A DNA stretch of 63,917 nucleotides, filler included, from Octopus bimaculoides (GCF_001194135.2; 6 parts of 5 records of this genome joined end to end with filler, not necessarily neighbours in it); one strand, 5' to 3'. Counted from the whole stretch's first letter, positions 25,272 to 39,790 are shown. The notes: generated by a model from the sequence alone, not told the origin. Numbers and translations are program-made.

Positions 25272-26568
25272 CACACACACACATATATGTATGTATATGA
25301 ACACATACACATATATCTATATGTATGTATATATGTATGGATGCATGATTGTATGTATGTATCCATGTATGTGTATATGTATGTATGTATAGACACACTC
25401 ATCCATATATACTCTGCGCCATTTATAGTACAGACGAGTGTTGTTCAGCGGTGTGTAAAGATTCGATGTTTGTGTATTTGTGTATAGAATCTGCATAAAA
25501 ATCTCCGAAAACTTGTGTTGGATTGGATTGTTGTTAAGAAGGTGCGACCACACAACTCTCCCGACCCCCAACACCCAACGAAATCTCCGCCAATTACCAT
25601 TCCAATATGGCTGCCACTATTACCAGAACAGCTTCCACAAGACAATTCCAAGAATCGCACAAAACCAGAGAATCCCCTCCACCAACCCACGCAACCCCAG
25701 CACCAACCGAACACCAACGATTAAGAGTCATAAATAAAAAATCTCAGAGATTTAAGCAAAAATCAAGAATCTCCCATCAACAGGTTTTCTTTTATTCCCG
25801 AGGAAATCCTTGTTGAGATGGGACCCCGATTTCTAGAAAGAGTTCGGGTCTTATAAGGAACCCCAATTTAAAGGAGCGACTCTTTTATATTTCTCTCTCT
25901 CGCTCTCTCGCTCGTTCTCTCTCTCTTTCTGTTTCTCTCTCTCTCTTTCTCTGTTCTGTTCGTACTCTTTAACTGTTTCTTTATCTCTCTCTTTTCCTGT
26001 TTCTCTCTCTCTCCGTCTCTCTTTCTTCCCTCTTTCTTCTCTCTCTCTCCCTCTCTGTTTCTTCCCTCTTTGTCTCTCTGCTTCTCTCTCTCCTACCCTC
26101 TCCATCTCTCCCTCCCTCCTAACCCTCTTTCTCACTCATTTTCTCTCTCCAGCTTGAAAGCGCAAAGTTGATCTCGGCGGGATTTGAACCCATAGCTAAA
26201 ACATACACAGCTATCCACCAGAAGTCGTTCCAATCCTCTACCGATTATACCAACCCACCAAACTACAATTAAAGTCAACAATGTTGAAACTAGACTAATG
26301 TCAGATAATTAGCAACAATAGAATAAGAGTTTAATTAGACTAGTTTCAACTAATTGTCGTTAAATAATTCCTCAGTTTGAGCAACGTTTAAAAATGTCCA
26401 AGGCTTGGCTGGACCTCAACCACACACCATAACTACACATACCACCACCACCACCACCACCACCACCACCACCACTAATACTACTACTACTAGTATTTTC
26501 GTCACAATAACAACGCCCAGCACCAACACTGCAACTAGAATGAAGATCACCATTACTATCTCCGTAGC

Positions 26569-26608
<40 letters not shown>

Positions 26609-27129
26609 NNNNNNNNNNNNNNNNNNNNNNNNNNNNNNNNNNNNNNNNNNNNNNNNNNNNNNNNNNNNNNNNNNNNNNNNNNNNNNNNNNNNNNNNNNNN
26701 NNNNNNNNNNNNNNNNNNNNNNNNNNNNNNNNNNNNNNNNNNNNNNNNNNNNNNNNNNNNNNNNNNNNNNNNNNNNNNNNNNNNNNNNNNNNNNNNNNNN
26801 NNNNNNNNNNNNNNNNNNNNNNNNNNNNNNNNNNNNNNNNNNNNNNNNNNNNNNNNNNNNNNNNNNNNNNNNNNNNNNNNNNNNNNNNNNNNNNNNNNNN
26901 NNNNNNNNNNNNNNNNNNNNNNNNNNNNNNNNNNNNNNNNNNNNNNNNNNNNNNNNNNNNNNNNNNNNNNNNNNNNNNNNNNNNNNNNNNNNNNNNNNNN
27001 NNNNNNNNNNNNNNNNNNNNNNNNNNNNNNNNNNNNNNNNNNNNNNNNNNNNNNNNNNNNNNNNNNNNNNNNNNNNNNNNNNNNNNNNNNNNNNNTATAT
27101 ATATATAGAGAGAGAGAGAGAGGGGGGTG

Positions 27130-27174
<45 letters not shown>

Positions 27175-27742
27175 TCAAGCAGATAGATTGGCAGAGAGAC
27201 AAATAGAGGTGTATATGTTCATATGCATACGTACATATGTGTGGTGAAACTGCAGTGATTTACAATAGTTGCAAACAATATCTCTTAACTGTGAAACTAC
27301 ACACACACACACACACTCACTCACTCACACACACACACACGCAGACACACACACATGTCTCGCTTCTTTGCTATTTGAAAACGTTTCATTTCTCGAAATT
27401 ATAGACTTGTTTTAATAATAGGTTCCATGGTGAGTTATAAGCAGTGTTATTGAAACGGAAAGTTGAGGAGAAGTCAATAAGCCAGTACATTCGATCGATC
27501 GATCTTGTGACAAATTGACTTTCTACACAAACACACACACACACACCAACTTGCCTGAAATATTCAAATTCAGAAACCATTCGCTTGCTTCCTGAGAGTT
27601 ACCATTTTTTGATGTGGTCGGATATTCTCAGAGTCAAGTCCACCGTGTCTGTGTCTAGGACATTGAATTCTTAACTAACTTGTATAAGCCTTCTTCGAGA
27701 GGAAGCTCATTCAACTTGGTTGTAAATAGGTACTATGGGGAG

Positions 27743-28073
27743 GGTCTGAACCATTTTTTATTTATGGACTTCTTTGATTATCAGTTTATTCTGGTGGACA
27801 ACCCGCCCCATAACCATCCGATGTTTAAAAATTAGTTGTATAGAGACTTCTTTCAAAATTCCTATTTTGTTCTCCACACATTAGCTTGTGTTGGTTGAAC
27901 TCTGTAAAGCGTTAGAAAAAGAAATTTGTTCCTTTCAATATATACGTTTAAATCAAAACCTTACATGGATATTTTAAATACTGCCGCGGGCCGCCAATTT
28001 ACTATTTTGCTAGCGTGAGCCCCACCTTATATGGACCTCCAGAAGTCATACGGACTCTTATTGGGAACCACTG
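27743..28073 (-). mobile_element. hAT(Charlie)-type MITE, about 330 bp
   Basis: Right end ttgggaaccactg is the reverse complement of a CAGTGGTTCYCAA-type TIR. Both ends are homologous to 30962-31010, 31710-31795 and 56835-56901. Confidence 0.65.
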
Positions 28074-29249
28074 AACTATATGGATGTCGACAAGTACCAT
28101 ATGGAAGTGCATTCGACCCGGTTGTAACTGAGAACCACATGGATGTGCAGTACCCTTGCATATAATATATACAAATAATTACCATGTGGTAAGTAGAATC
28201 TACGAAACTATACATAGAGTACCATGTGGCGAAAGAGACCATGTAGCCAAGCTTATAATAGAAACTATGTAGGCAAACATTTAATAGATATCATGTAGCT
28301 AGTCTTTAAGTAGCCAATCTTAAAATAGATATCATGTCGCCAAGATTTAAGTGGCTATCGTGTGACAGGAAAGGCGATGTGTTGGCGGTGTCTTTATCTC
28401 ATATTGAGGTAGACCCAGCTTGAGGTGTACAGGCACTATGCGGATGTAAATTTCCCCTAGTTGTAAATAGATGCCGCGTGGTAGGTAACGTCTACTTTGC
28501 AATAAATAGCAACCATCTGGCGGTATAGACCACCTTGTTTTAAATGAGTACCACACCAACTACCGATAAAGCAGATGTTACAGTACACACTGGTGTTTCG
28601 TTAACCTATTTTGCTAAGTCGAAACACTCCCACAGAGAGGACAGGGTCCAGCTTCTTGATATAATCTACACGAAAAAGAGGTCCACCAAAATTCAATGTG
28701 TTTTGCCACTTTCCTAAGTTTCCTGTTTTTTTCTGTGAGATGACTACTCAACTCAGTATGATTAACGAAATTCTCGAAGGCCGTACTCCAGTTTGGCCAT
28801 CGTCTATCGACTGAAACCAATACAAGAAGTGTATGTATACAAGAGTAAGACTATGTGAGTTGTATAATAAACGATTGCGGACAGAAGTAGCTTATTTCAC
28901 ACTTTCTAAGTTGGAGTCTAACAATTTGGAGTTCAAATCCTAGGGCGATCAAACGTGATTTCCTTCCGTTTTCAGAAATATCTCCACCGAAACGTCACCA
29001 ATTAGACCATTCCACTGTTATTTCTAAGGTTACAGACTCACCAAATTGTAATGCCTGTAGCAACATACGTAGGTTAAAGACTTGAAAGATATTAATTAAT
29101 TAATTAATTAATTAATTTATCGATTGATTAATTAATTAAAATTATCCGGTTGATAATGGAAAAAATCATTAGTTTAACTAATTCTTGTCTAGAAAGACGA
29201 GTGATAACTTAGATTAATTTAATTAAAAATAGAATGTAGGCAAAGGTAG

Positions 29250-29342
29250 TAGAGTACAAGGTAATGTATTAGAGTACAAAGCAATGCCGCTGAGTTCAAA
29301 GTAATGCGTTAGAGTACAGAGTAATGCATTAGGGTACGAAGG
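29250..29342. repeat. Degenerate 20-bp minisatellite (tagagtacaa(a/g)gtaatgcat), about 4.5 units
   Basis: Periodic gagtaca...taatg units. Confidence 0.8.
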
Positions 29343-29941
29343 ACTTTTTTTAGAGTTATGGATAATGTTCATCCTGTTGAGACTCAACTAATGGAAGAGT
29401 ACAATCAAGAGTACAATCCATTTCGGTTCGTCTGAGGAATGCTGTCAGGAGTTTGAGAGTATGTAGGAGGAAAGAGAGCGTGTTGAGGGACGGGGTTGGG
29501 GGCGAACGACCATAATAGAAACGGTGGAATGAAGGGGTACCGAGGAGGTGGTGGTGGTGGTGGTGCCGTAATATAAACAACGCACGGCGTGACGTTAACG
29601 TTAAGATAGGATCTGGTTTCTTTTGCAACTNNNNNNNNNNNNNNNNNNNNNNNNNNNNNNNNNNNNNNNNNNNNNNNNNNNNNNNNNNNNNNNNNNNNNN
29701 NNNNNNNNNNNNNNNNNNNNNNNNNNNNNNNNNNNNNNNGGACGCATTCATTCATTGATAGAGAAATCTTGAGAGAGACCTAAGGAGAAACTAAAGAAGC
29801 ACACATTAACACACACACTCACACACACACACGCACACACACATAAATTCATACATACATACATATGTATGTATATGTGTAGTAACCGTAATAATAGTAT
29901 TAGTGGTGGAGGTGAGGGTAGTGCTAGTAGTAATGGTGGTG

Positions 29942-30012
<71 letters not shown>

Positions 30013-30289
30013 TGTAGAAGGAGGTAGAGGAGGAGGCAGATTTTATTGTGCTGTGGTCTTTAATACCAGTGCTATCCATGAGTCGATTTGTATTTTCACA
30101 ATCCTTTCTTTTTTATTATATTCCATTCTCTCAACAACACTAATCAATTGTGACCTATTATTATTATAATTGTGATTAAAAGAATAAAAGAATAACCGCG
30201 GGTCTGTTCTTTCGCATTTTCTCTCCCTCCTCTCCACTTCTGGCCCTCACCCTATAAAAAGTAACACTTCAAAAGCGAACAAAATCCAG

Positions 30290-30775
30290 AACATTAGTAC
30301 ACAGCAGACCATACAATTTTATCCTTTAGTATGCACTAGTACATAGTACATATCAGTGCACAGCAGTAGATATTAGTACACATTAGTTTCAGATTTTGGC
30401 ACAAGGCCAGCGACATCGGGGAAGGGGCAAGTCGATTACACTGACCCCAGTACTCAACTGGTACTTATTTTATCAACCCGGAAAGGATAAAAATTAACGT
30501 CGACCTGAGCGGAATTCGAACTCAGAGTGTAAAGACAACCGAAATGCCACTAAGCATTTCGCCCGGCGTGCTAACGGTTCCACTAGTTCGCCGCCTTCCC
30601 CATTAGTACATGTCAGTACGCATTAGTATGCATTAGTACGCGGCAGCACATCTCAGTAGACATTTGTACACAGCATTACGCAGCTTTGCACAGCAGGACG
30701 CAATAGTAGCTATTAGTACACATTAGTACACTGCAGTATGCGACGGTGCACATTAGTACATCAAAAGTAATTTAT
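30290..30775. repeat. Degenerate 10-bp minisatellite (cattagtaca) split by a SINE
   Basis: Recurrent cattagtaca/cattagtatg units on both sides of the SINE at 30388-30598. Confidence 0.75.
30388..30598 (-). mobile_element. SINE family A full copy
   Basis: Tail ttttggcacaaggccagc through head ttcgccgcc. Confidence 0.9.
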
Positions 30776-30961
30776 TAGTCATTCACAACTCTTGCGTTGT
30801 CTGTTTAACTACAATCACTTTCATCAGACTCTTACTAATCCCAACTAATCGAGAAATCGATTTCACGTTGACGAAAAATAATATTAATTAATTGGTGAGA
30901 TCAATATGATTTGTAGTCATCGGTCTAGTTTTAGTTTAGTATGTTTGTTAACTGCTTAGTG

Positions 30962-31348
30962 TAGTAACTCTAAACCGGGGTTCATACGACCCTTGGGAGT
31001 CCATATAAGACTTTATTGTTGAAGTTTATGAGCAATACATTGGTTTTTACTTCTACAATACACAACATGTTTTAGCAATTTTATAAATACAATTCCTTAT
31101 TTACATTGGACGGATAAATGTCCTCATCATGTTTGTTGTTATCATAACATTTCGGCTGATGTACTCTCCAGCCTTCATCTTGGTGTCCTGGTGTCCTGGT
31201 GGAATTTTGAACCCAACACTTTATTTAACTAATGGGGTACTCTGTTCTCATTCCTAAAGTATTTTTTTTTACTGATGTCATTATTATTATTATTAATTCA
31301 AGGTTACTAACCCCAAGATTCCGGGTTCAATCCCAAGCAGTGACTTGA

Positions 31349-31415
<67 letters not shown>

Positions 31416-31471
31416 TTTCTAAAAGGATTGACGTAACTTATATACAATCGAATCACGCTCTTCGTCTTGAC

Positions 31472-31512
<41 letters not shown>

Positions 31513-31795
31513 GTAATAATAATTCTACTAGAACACCTAATGAACGCTTGAAAGTACATCAGCCGAAACGTTGTGATAACAACAAACAAGATGAGGACAC
31601 ATATCCGTCCATTGAAAATAATGTACATAATTCCTCATCTCTAAAATTTAGGACATTATACAATTTCTATTAGAATTTAATTATAAAAATATGATAGGAT
31701 TTTTGTTTCAACATAGGGGGTCCGGCAGAATAAAATAGAAATCAAACGACTCCATTGGTAAAAAAAAAAAAAAGAAAAATGGGTGAGAATCGCTC
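30962..31795 (+). mobile_element. hAT-type MITE containing a nested inverted Penelope-like/tRNA-like insertion
   Basis: Ends match the 27743-28073 and 56835-56901 family. Internal inverted arms at 31109-31166 and 31553-31610. Confidence 0.6.
31534..31575 (+). ncRNA. Degenerate hammerhead-like motif (mirror copy on the minus strand at about 31144-31185)
   Basis: Plus: cacCTAATGA-A-cgctt-gaaagtacat-cagcc-GAAAC-GTT-gtg. Minus arm: caagATGA-A-ggctg-gagagtacat-cagcc-GAAAT-GTT. The consensus of the two restores CTGATGA and a GGCTG/CAGCC stem II. Confidence 0.45.
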
Positions 31796-31978
31796 GCAGG
31801 TGAAGAGAAGCATCTATGATATTTCCCGAGGGTTTCCTATTTTGGTAAGTGGAATGGTGTCACATATGACAGTTTTCAGGGATCTCCGAGACCGGTGAGA
31901 ATAGTGGTGGTGGAGGATATGCTTACATTGAAGACCTGTCTAGAATGCTTGCAGCAGCAGCAGCAGTAGTAGTAGTAA

Positions 31979-32031
<53 letters not shown>

Positions 32032-32642
32032 ATAGTAGTAATATGGGGGTTGTAATATTACTTGTTCATGTGTCCATTGTATCAGGTATGCACCTAGGAA
32101 GTGTGGTGAGGATCTTCATCAAACGCAATGTAGAAATTAAGGGAAATTTATTAAAACAATGTAAAAAAAAAAATAAAAGATTTTTCTGAACGATGTCTTT
32201 GTACGTGTCGACGCAATATTGAAGATCTTCCGTGACAAACTCCTTGTTATTGTTGCTTGTTTAACACTGGCCATGCGGATATGGGATAATTGATAATGTT
32301 GTTTTAAACTAGGCTCACACATTGAGTGTAGGTGGGCCAAAATACAGACGTACGTACAGACATACAGAGGCATACGCATACATAAATACTCACACACACC
32401 CATACATAATATATACATACACACACACACACATATATCTATGTATATACATATATGTATGTACATATATACATATATGTATATACATAGATATATATGT
32501 GTGTGTGTGTATGTATATATTATGTATGGGTGTGTGTGAGTATATGCATGTACGTATATCGATGGATAGACCGANNNNNNNNNNTATATATATATATATA
32601 TACATATATACATATATACATATATACATACATACTCAACCT

Positions 32643-32712
<70 letters not shown>

Positions 32713-32804
32713 CATATATATATGGTCACAATTAATGTAAGCGCATAGCATTATTATCTAAGTAACACATACGTACACGAACTCGAGTGCATGACACACA
32801 CACG

Positions 32805-32849
<45 letters not shown>

Positions 32850-32968
32850 CCACACATACACACACATACATACGCCCCCCCACGTACACACTTTACACAC
32901 AAACAGAAGATCACCTTTACCATGACTGCTACTCCTTATGCCTCAACGCGCGTGTGTTAGTGACAAAG

Positions 32969-33007
<39 letters not shown>

Positions 33008-33169
33008 GGGAGAGAGAGAGAGATGTACTGAAAGCCATGTAAATATAGACACTAACATATTGGAATAAGGGTACAATCAACACACCCCAGCTCCTTCCAT
33101 CAACATTTCTCCTTCTCCCTCTACTCCTCCTCTCTCTCTCACTGTCTTCCTTTAATCCCTCTCTGTCTC

Positions 33170-33206
<37 letters not shown>

Positions 33207-33629
33207 TACTCACACCGATACTCTATATTATTATATGTCTTAGTTTTCGCAGATTATGAGGTGTTTATATACATATACCAGATGTCCCACAAGCCGGACG
33301 CGTTTACTTATCATGTTTAAGTTTATACGCTGCCCTACCTATGGGACACCTGGTACTTGTCAAGATCTGCAAACACTTATACACTTGCAACCACACTCAC
33401 ACACACTCTTCCGCATACACACGCATACACACCCCTCCACACATGCCAAATATGCATGCGCGCGCGCATCGTGCATGTGATGTGAGCGTGTGTGTGTGAA
33501 TGCATCAATCGCTACTTTGCTGCCGCAAAATATCTTTCTTTCTTTTTTCTTTCTCCTCCTTCCCTGCCCTCTCTCTGTATATATATATGCATGTATGTAA
33601 GCTTATGTGTGTGTGTGTGTGTGTACGAA

Positions 33630-33671
<42 letters not shown>

Positions 33672-33697
33672 TTCGTACACACACACACACACACACT

Positions 33698-33730
<33 letters not shown>

Positions 33731-34594
33731 CGATAGATATAATTTTGTCTAGTTTTACACTTCGTATTAAAATGTATGTATGATTATTTATATGTATATA
33801 TTTATATTTACATATGTGTGTGAATGTGTGTGCGCGTGTACATCGTGTTATCATGCCACTCGTTATTACAAGGACGTGTTAAAATAAAAAAATACATTGT
33901 TTACAGAACAGACCTCATTATTCATAAACACAAAAACAGCCCACGAAATATTTCATGGTCCAATCCCCTATACAGTTTAAATGTCCATTTCATTGCCGGA
34001 AGAATGTTCTCAAATGCTTTAAATAAACAATTCTTCATTCTTTATTAAAAATAATTTTTGCATGAAGTATAATTTCACCAAAGATTTCACTGCTGTCATT
34101 GCTAATGTTAACAGAAAGCAAGTTCTCCGGTAAAAACGAACTGACCTTAACCTCTGTGCAATTGTTACATTTCTTATATATGTCTTTGGCTTAGCTTCGA
34201 TTAAGCTGTCACCATATGACTCGTCAATCATCAGGTGATTTACATTTTTATCTGAGCTGAGCCAGGTATCCTTTGATCGTAGCTGAGGACGATCAGAGTT
34301 GGTTATAGAATAGGTAAAATGTACGGTAGACAATGCCAACAGCTACAAGGTATCAGTAATTGACATCCCACCCGAGACACGCACCCCAACCGCATCGCAC
34401 CCCTAGTACCTTACAGCACCCACACTATGCTACAGAGAAAGTGGTATAACCTGCTAATTAATTAATTAAGCTGTTATAAAAGCTGTGCTTAATGTTGCAT
34501 TAACGAGGACCGGGTGCATATGTTCGGTGATGCTGTGGATGTAAGGCCAACAGGTGCGATGAAGTTTGAAATAAAACAGGTAATTAATGAGGGG

Positions 34595-34636
<42 letters not shown>

Positions 34637-35764
34637 GCAATAGGTAGTCTTGAACTGACGCCCTGTACCCTGCTTAACCAGCGCCGTATCCACCCGGCAA
34701 TTTTACCACTAAATGGAGGGAACAGAGAGAAAGAAGGAGAAAGAAGTGGACGAGTAGGGGTGCACCGGTGGGTGTTAGTTCCGTGTAAGAAGGACTGGGT
34801 GCATGTTTAACNNNNNNNNNNNNNNNNNNNNNNNNNNNNNNNNNNNNNNNNNNNNNNNNNNNNNNNNNNNNNNNNNNNNNNNNNNNNNNNNNNNNNNNNN
34901 NNNNNNNNNNNNNNNNNNNNNNNNNNNNNNNNNNNNNNNNNNNNNNNNNNNNNNNNNNNNNNNNNNNNNNNNNNNNNNNNNNNNNNNNNNNNNNNNNNNN
35001 NNNNNNNNNNNNNNNNNNNNNNNNNNNNNNNNNNNNNNNNNNNNNNNNNNNNNNNNNNNNNNNNNNNNNNNNNNNNNNNNNNNNNNNNNNNNNNNNNNNN
35101 NNNNNNNNNNNNNNNNNNNNNNNNNNNNNNNNNNNNNNNNNNNNNNNNNNNNNNNNNNNNNNNNNNNNNNNNNNNNNNNNNNNNNNNNNNNNNNNNNNNN
35201 NNNNNNNNNNNNNNNNNNNNNNNNNNNNNNNNNNNNNNNNNNNNNNNNNNNNNNNNNNNNNNNNNNNNNNNNNNNNNNNNNNNNNNNNNNNNNNNNNNNN
35301 NNNNNNNNNNNNNNNNNNNNNNNNNNNNNNNNNNNNNNNNNNNNNNNNNNNNNNNNNNNNNNNNNNNNNNNNNNNNNNNNNNNNNNNNNNNNNNNNNNNN
35401 NNNNNNNNNNNNNNNNNNNNNNNNNNNNNNNNNNNNNNNNNNNNNNNNNNNNNNNNNNNNNNNNNNNNNNNNNNNNNNNNNNNNNNNNNNNNNNNNNNNN
35501 NNNNNNNNNNNNNNNNNNNNNNNNNNNNNNNNNNNNNNNNNNNNNNNNNNNNNNNNNNNNNNNNNNNNNNNNNNNNNNNNNNNNNNNNNNNNNNNNNNNN
35601 NNNNNNNNNNNNNNNNNNNNNNNNNNNNNNNNNNNNNNNNNNNNNNNNNNNNNNNNNNNNNNNNNNNNNNNNNNNNNNNNNNNNNNNNNNNNNNNNNNNN
35701 NNNNNNNNNNNNNNNNNNNNNNNNNNNNNNNNNNNNNNNNNNNNNNNNNNNNNNNNNNNNNNNN

Positions 35765-35821
<57 letters not shown>

Positions 35822-36512
35822 TGACACACATATACATATCTAATTATATATGGGACAAGCGTACACGCTTAACAGCCAGTCACATCACAGAGACACACAG
35901 GCAGACTCGTTTTATATGATTTTAAACCATAAAACATTCGTCCCTTCTGACTCGGAATTAAAAACCACTTCCTCAAGAGATCGAGAATCGATAAGATACT
36001 AAACACACACACACACACACATACACACACACACACACACACAAAATATACGTACATACAAACGCACATACAGACAGGGTGCGACTGCATGTATGCCTCT
36101 GTATGTAACTGTGTTTGTAATTATGTATATACATGTATGAAATGATGAAAAGGTCAAGCCAGTGCCTCGGGCACCCCTACCAAATTACTGCGCCTTTGAA
36201 TCGGAAGGAATGATGCCAAGTTCCGTACAGTTTAATAAATGTGAAAACCAAGCCTATAATTGTTGGGATTATATCTCAATGTCTTCGACAAGTTTCTCAC
36301 ATCCGTCAGGAAAACTGTTAATTTTTGTTTTTGTTTTTATTGACTCTTGAGTATAATAGAGATATTGAAATTTGGAGAAATAGGTGTGTATACATGCATA
36401 CATACATATGTACATACATTCATATATACATACATACAAACATACATACATGCTACACATATATCGTATGTATGTATGTATATTATATACATATATGTAT
36501 ATACCATGTATA

Positions 36513-36556
<44 letters not shown>

Positions 36557-37001
36557 NNNNNNNNNNNNNNNNNNNNNNNNNNNNNNNNNNNNNNNNNNNN
36601 NNNNNNNNNNNNNNNNNNNNNNNNNNNNNNNNNNNNNNNNNNNNNNNNNNNNNNNNNNNNNNTATATACCAATGCTTATATGTCTATATCCAAAGAATTT
36701 ATTTCGTATATATCGTGAGTCAATTAAGTACACACACATTTAGTTAGAACTTACTTTTAAACACTCTCTCTTTCCTTTTCTTTCACTTTCTCTACTTCTC
36801 TCTTTTCTCTTCCCTTACCTTTTTTCTTTATCCCTCTCTCCCATTCTCTCTCTCTCTCTCCTTTTCTCTTTTATCTCATTAGCTTTGTCTATGATGCCTA
36901 TTTATGACCATTTGTCTGCGTCTCCTTACGTCGGCAATAATTCAGCCAATCACAACAGTTTTTCGCTCACAAACAAGCAAAAATATAAGCAAGCACACAC
37001 A

Positions 37002-37118
<117 letters not shown>

Positions 37119-37766
37119 TGTATGATTGTATGGTTTAACAACACCACCTAACTCTGCTCCTTGGATACTTTTAGCAGAGTCCATTCTGGTGCAAGCGATC
37201 AACTCCCAGTCTTTCGTTTGAAGATATTTCCCTCTTTTCTTTCCACTAATCTTGGAATTGGTTGACATTCTCCTTCCACTAAAACTACATAAAATGAAGA
37301 AAAAAGATGCTAAACCCCTGTGTGTCTGAATATACAGTGTTGTCAGTTCTGCAGTATCGGGGTACTTGGTTGGCGGATGGTACCCGGAATTTCGATTATT
37401 TACCTGCTTAACATAAGTATACTCGATCAGGTTTGACTTGGGGTTTAATAACAACAACAGCAACAACATCCAGCTATAATTAAAATTCCAGGTGGAACCA
37501 GAATCAAAGATCTTAATCGAAAACAATTCCATGAGACTAAACAATGAATATTTCTTTCCAAGAAAGTATTTCTGTATTCTTTATTAATTAAAACCCATTC
37601 AGTGAAAATTTCGCTTTTGTTTTTAGATTAACTCAAACTCATTAACACGTGGCCAGGCTAGACACATACATACATACATACATACATACATACATACGTA
37701 TACATACACACACACACATACACACATGCGTGCTCGCACACATACGCACAAACATATATAAATATA

Positions 37767-37930
37767 TGATGGGCTTCTTTCAGTTTCCGCCTGCCAAATC
37801 CACTGACAAGAATTTGGTCGGCCTGAGTCTATAGTAAAATACACTTGCCCAAGGTGTCACGTACGTGGGACTGAACCCGGACCTATGTGATCGGGAAGCA
37901 AGCTTCTTACCACACTGTCACACCTCTGCC
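37767..37930 (-). mobile_element. SINE family B 5' half
   Basis: gggcttctttcagtttccg...cacttgcccaaggtgtcacg...caagcttcttaccac. Confidence 0.8.
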
Positions 37931-38099
37931 TTTCTTCTTCATATTCTTAATCTAAACGGTTTTTGTCGTTGCAGTTGTCATTGTTGTTGTTGTGGTGGTG
38001 GTCACTATAGTTGTTGTTGTCGTGGTCATTATTGTTGTTGTTGTTCCTGACACTAAAACCATGTTGTATGCAAGACTATAATTATCAGATGTCATTGTT

Positions 38100-38497
38100 C
38101 TGGCTTTTGTCGTTACCAGTCGCTGACGTTGTTAGTTTTATTGTTGTACTATTGTTGGTGCTGCTGTTACAATAATAGTTGTTGTTGTGGTCGATGTAGT
38201 TGCTGTTACAGCTGTTGTTATTGTTGTCATTGCTGTTGTTGTTGTTGTTGTCATTAATACAGCTGTTGACACGATAATAATCATTGTTGTTGCTGCGTTT
38301 GTTATGGTTGTTGTTGTTGTCACTACAATTATTGCTGTTGTCGCAGTCATTATGGCAGTTGCCTGCTGGACTATAATTATTGTTGTCGTTCTTCTTTCTG
38401 TTGTTGATGTCGCCATTACCGCTGTCACTTCGACGAATGACCCGACTAAGCCCTCCTCCTCCACCTCCACCTCCACCTCCCCCTCCTCCACCACCTC
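38100..38497. repeat. Degenerate (GTT)n low-complexity tract ending in (CCT/CCA)n
   Basis: Source of the V-rich and T-rich ORFs. Confidence 0.8.
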
Positions 38498-39068
38498 NNN
38501 NNNNNNNNNNNNNNNNNNNNNNNNNNNNNNNNNNNNNNNNNNNNNNNNNNNNNNNNNNNNNNNNNNNNNNNNNNNNNNNNNNNNNNNNNNNNNNNNNNNN
38601 NNNNNNNNNNNNNNNNNNNNNNNNNNNNNNNNNNNNNNNNNNNNNNNNNNNNNNNNNNNNNNNNNNNNNNNNNNNNNNNNNNNNNNNNNNNNNNNNNNNN
38701 NNNNNNNNNNNNNNNNNNNNNNNNNNNNNNNNNNNNNNNNNNNNNNNNNNNNNNNNNNNNNNNNNNNNNNNNNNNNNNNNNNNNNNNNNNNNNNNNNNNN
38801 NNNNNNNNNNNNNNNNNNNNNNNNNNNNNNNNNNNNNNNNNNNNNNNNNNNNNNNNNNNNNNNNNNNNNNNNNNNNNNNNNNNNNNNNNNNNNNNNNNNN
38901 NNNNNNNNNNNNNNNNNNNNNNNNNNNNNNNNNNNNNNNNNNNNNNNNNNNNNNNNNNNNNNNNNNNNNNNNNNNNNNNNNNNNNNNNNNNNNNNNNNNN
39001 NNNNNNNNGTAGTAGTAGTAGTAGTAGTAGTATTGTTAATGATGATGATTATGAAGATGATGATGATG

Positions 39069-39131
<63 letters not shown>

Positions 39132-39324
39132 GGCTACAGCAAATATTCGGCTCAATACCACAGATTTGCTTGTCAGTTGTTTGACCTTAACCAGTTGAGC
39201 ATATTTCTCAGTGGCTAATGGTATGTGCATCTCTCATGACGAGCAGGAGAAGTAGTGGGGGTGCATGATAGCCATGTGCTGAGAGGAATTCTTTGGAGTT
39301 TGAATAATTCACCTCTGGAAACAT

Positions 39325-39530
39325 GTCTGTGTTTGTCCTCCCAACATCGCTTGACAAACGATGGTGGTGTGTTTAAGTCCCCGTAACTTAGCGGTTCGGC
39401 AAAAGAGACCGATAGAATAAGTACTAGGCTTCCAAAGAATAAGTCCTAAGGTCGATTTGCTCGACTAAAGGCGGTACTCCAGCATGGCTGCACTCAAATG
39501 TCTGAAACAAGTAGAAGAGTAAAAGAATAA
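39325..39530 (+). mobile_element. SINE family B 3' half
   Basis: gtccccgtaacttagcggttcggcaaaagagaccgatagaataagtactagg...ctgaaacaagta. Confidence 0.85.
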
Positions 39531-39540
39531 ATAAATAAAA

Positions 39541-39790
39541 TGGTGTCGATCGCTTTCCGAGGTGTCCGACACGATTATGGTGATGTCGTCCGAATAGTTC
39601 GACATGGTTCTCCTGTATCCCACTTCGAAAGAGATACCTTTCAAAGCACCAGGTTTCTGCAGAAACAGCTCGATTGTCAGTATGGAAAAAGAGTGAAAGA
39701 GGAAACTCTTGTTGCACCAAACTTGTGGTTCGAAATGATTCCGATAAGTAACCGTCTATTCAGGCCATCTCCTACATACCACTATGCATT
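39541..39790 (-). mobile_element. Decayed Tx1/L1-like LINE RT fragment
   Basis: IDGYLSESFRTTSLVQQEFPLSLFF, then a frameshift to TIELFLQK..LKGISF...NYSDDITIIVSD. Corresponds to the SVRQGCPLSP and YADD motifs. Confidence 0.65.

Noticed and set aside
26405-26608. Thr-rich mucin-like ORF
   Set aside because: Built from (CAC)n and (TAG)n repeats and runs into a gap; no splice support.
28441-28850. Possible Tc1/mariner N-terminal remnant (MLQYT..., TGS...RKRGPP)
   Set aside because: Needs several frameshifts; no DD(D/E) motif or TIR seen.
29250-30775. Regularly spaced short repeats resembling a CRISPR array
   Set aside because: Degenerate contiguous minisatellites with no unique spacers, in a eukaryotic context with no cas genes.
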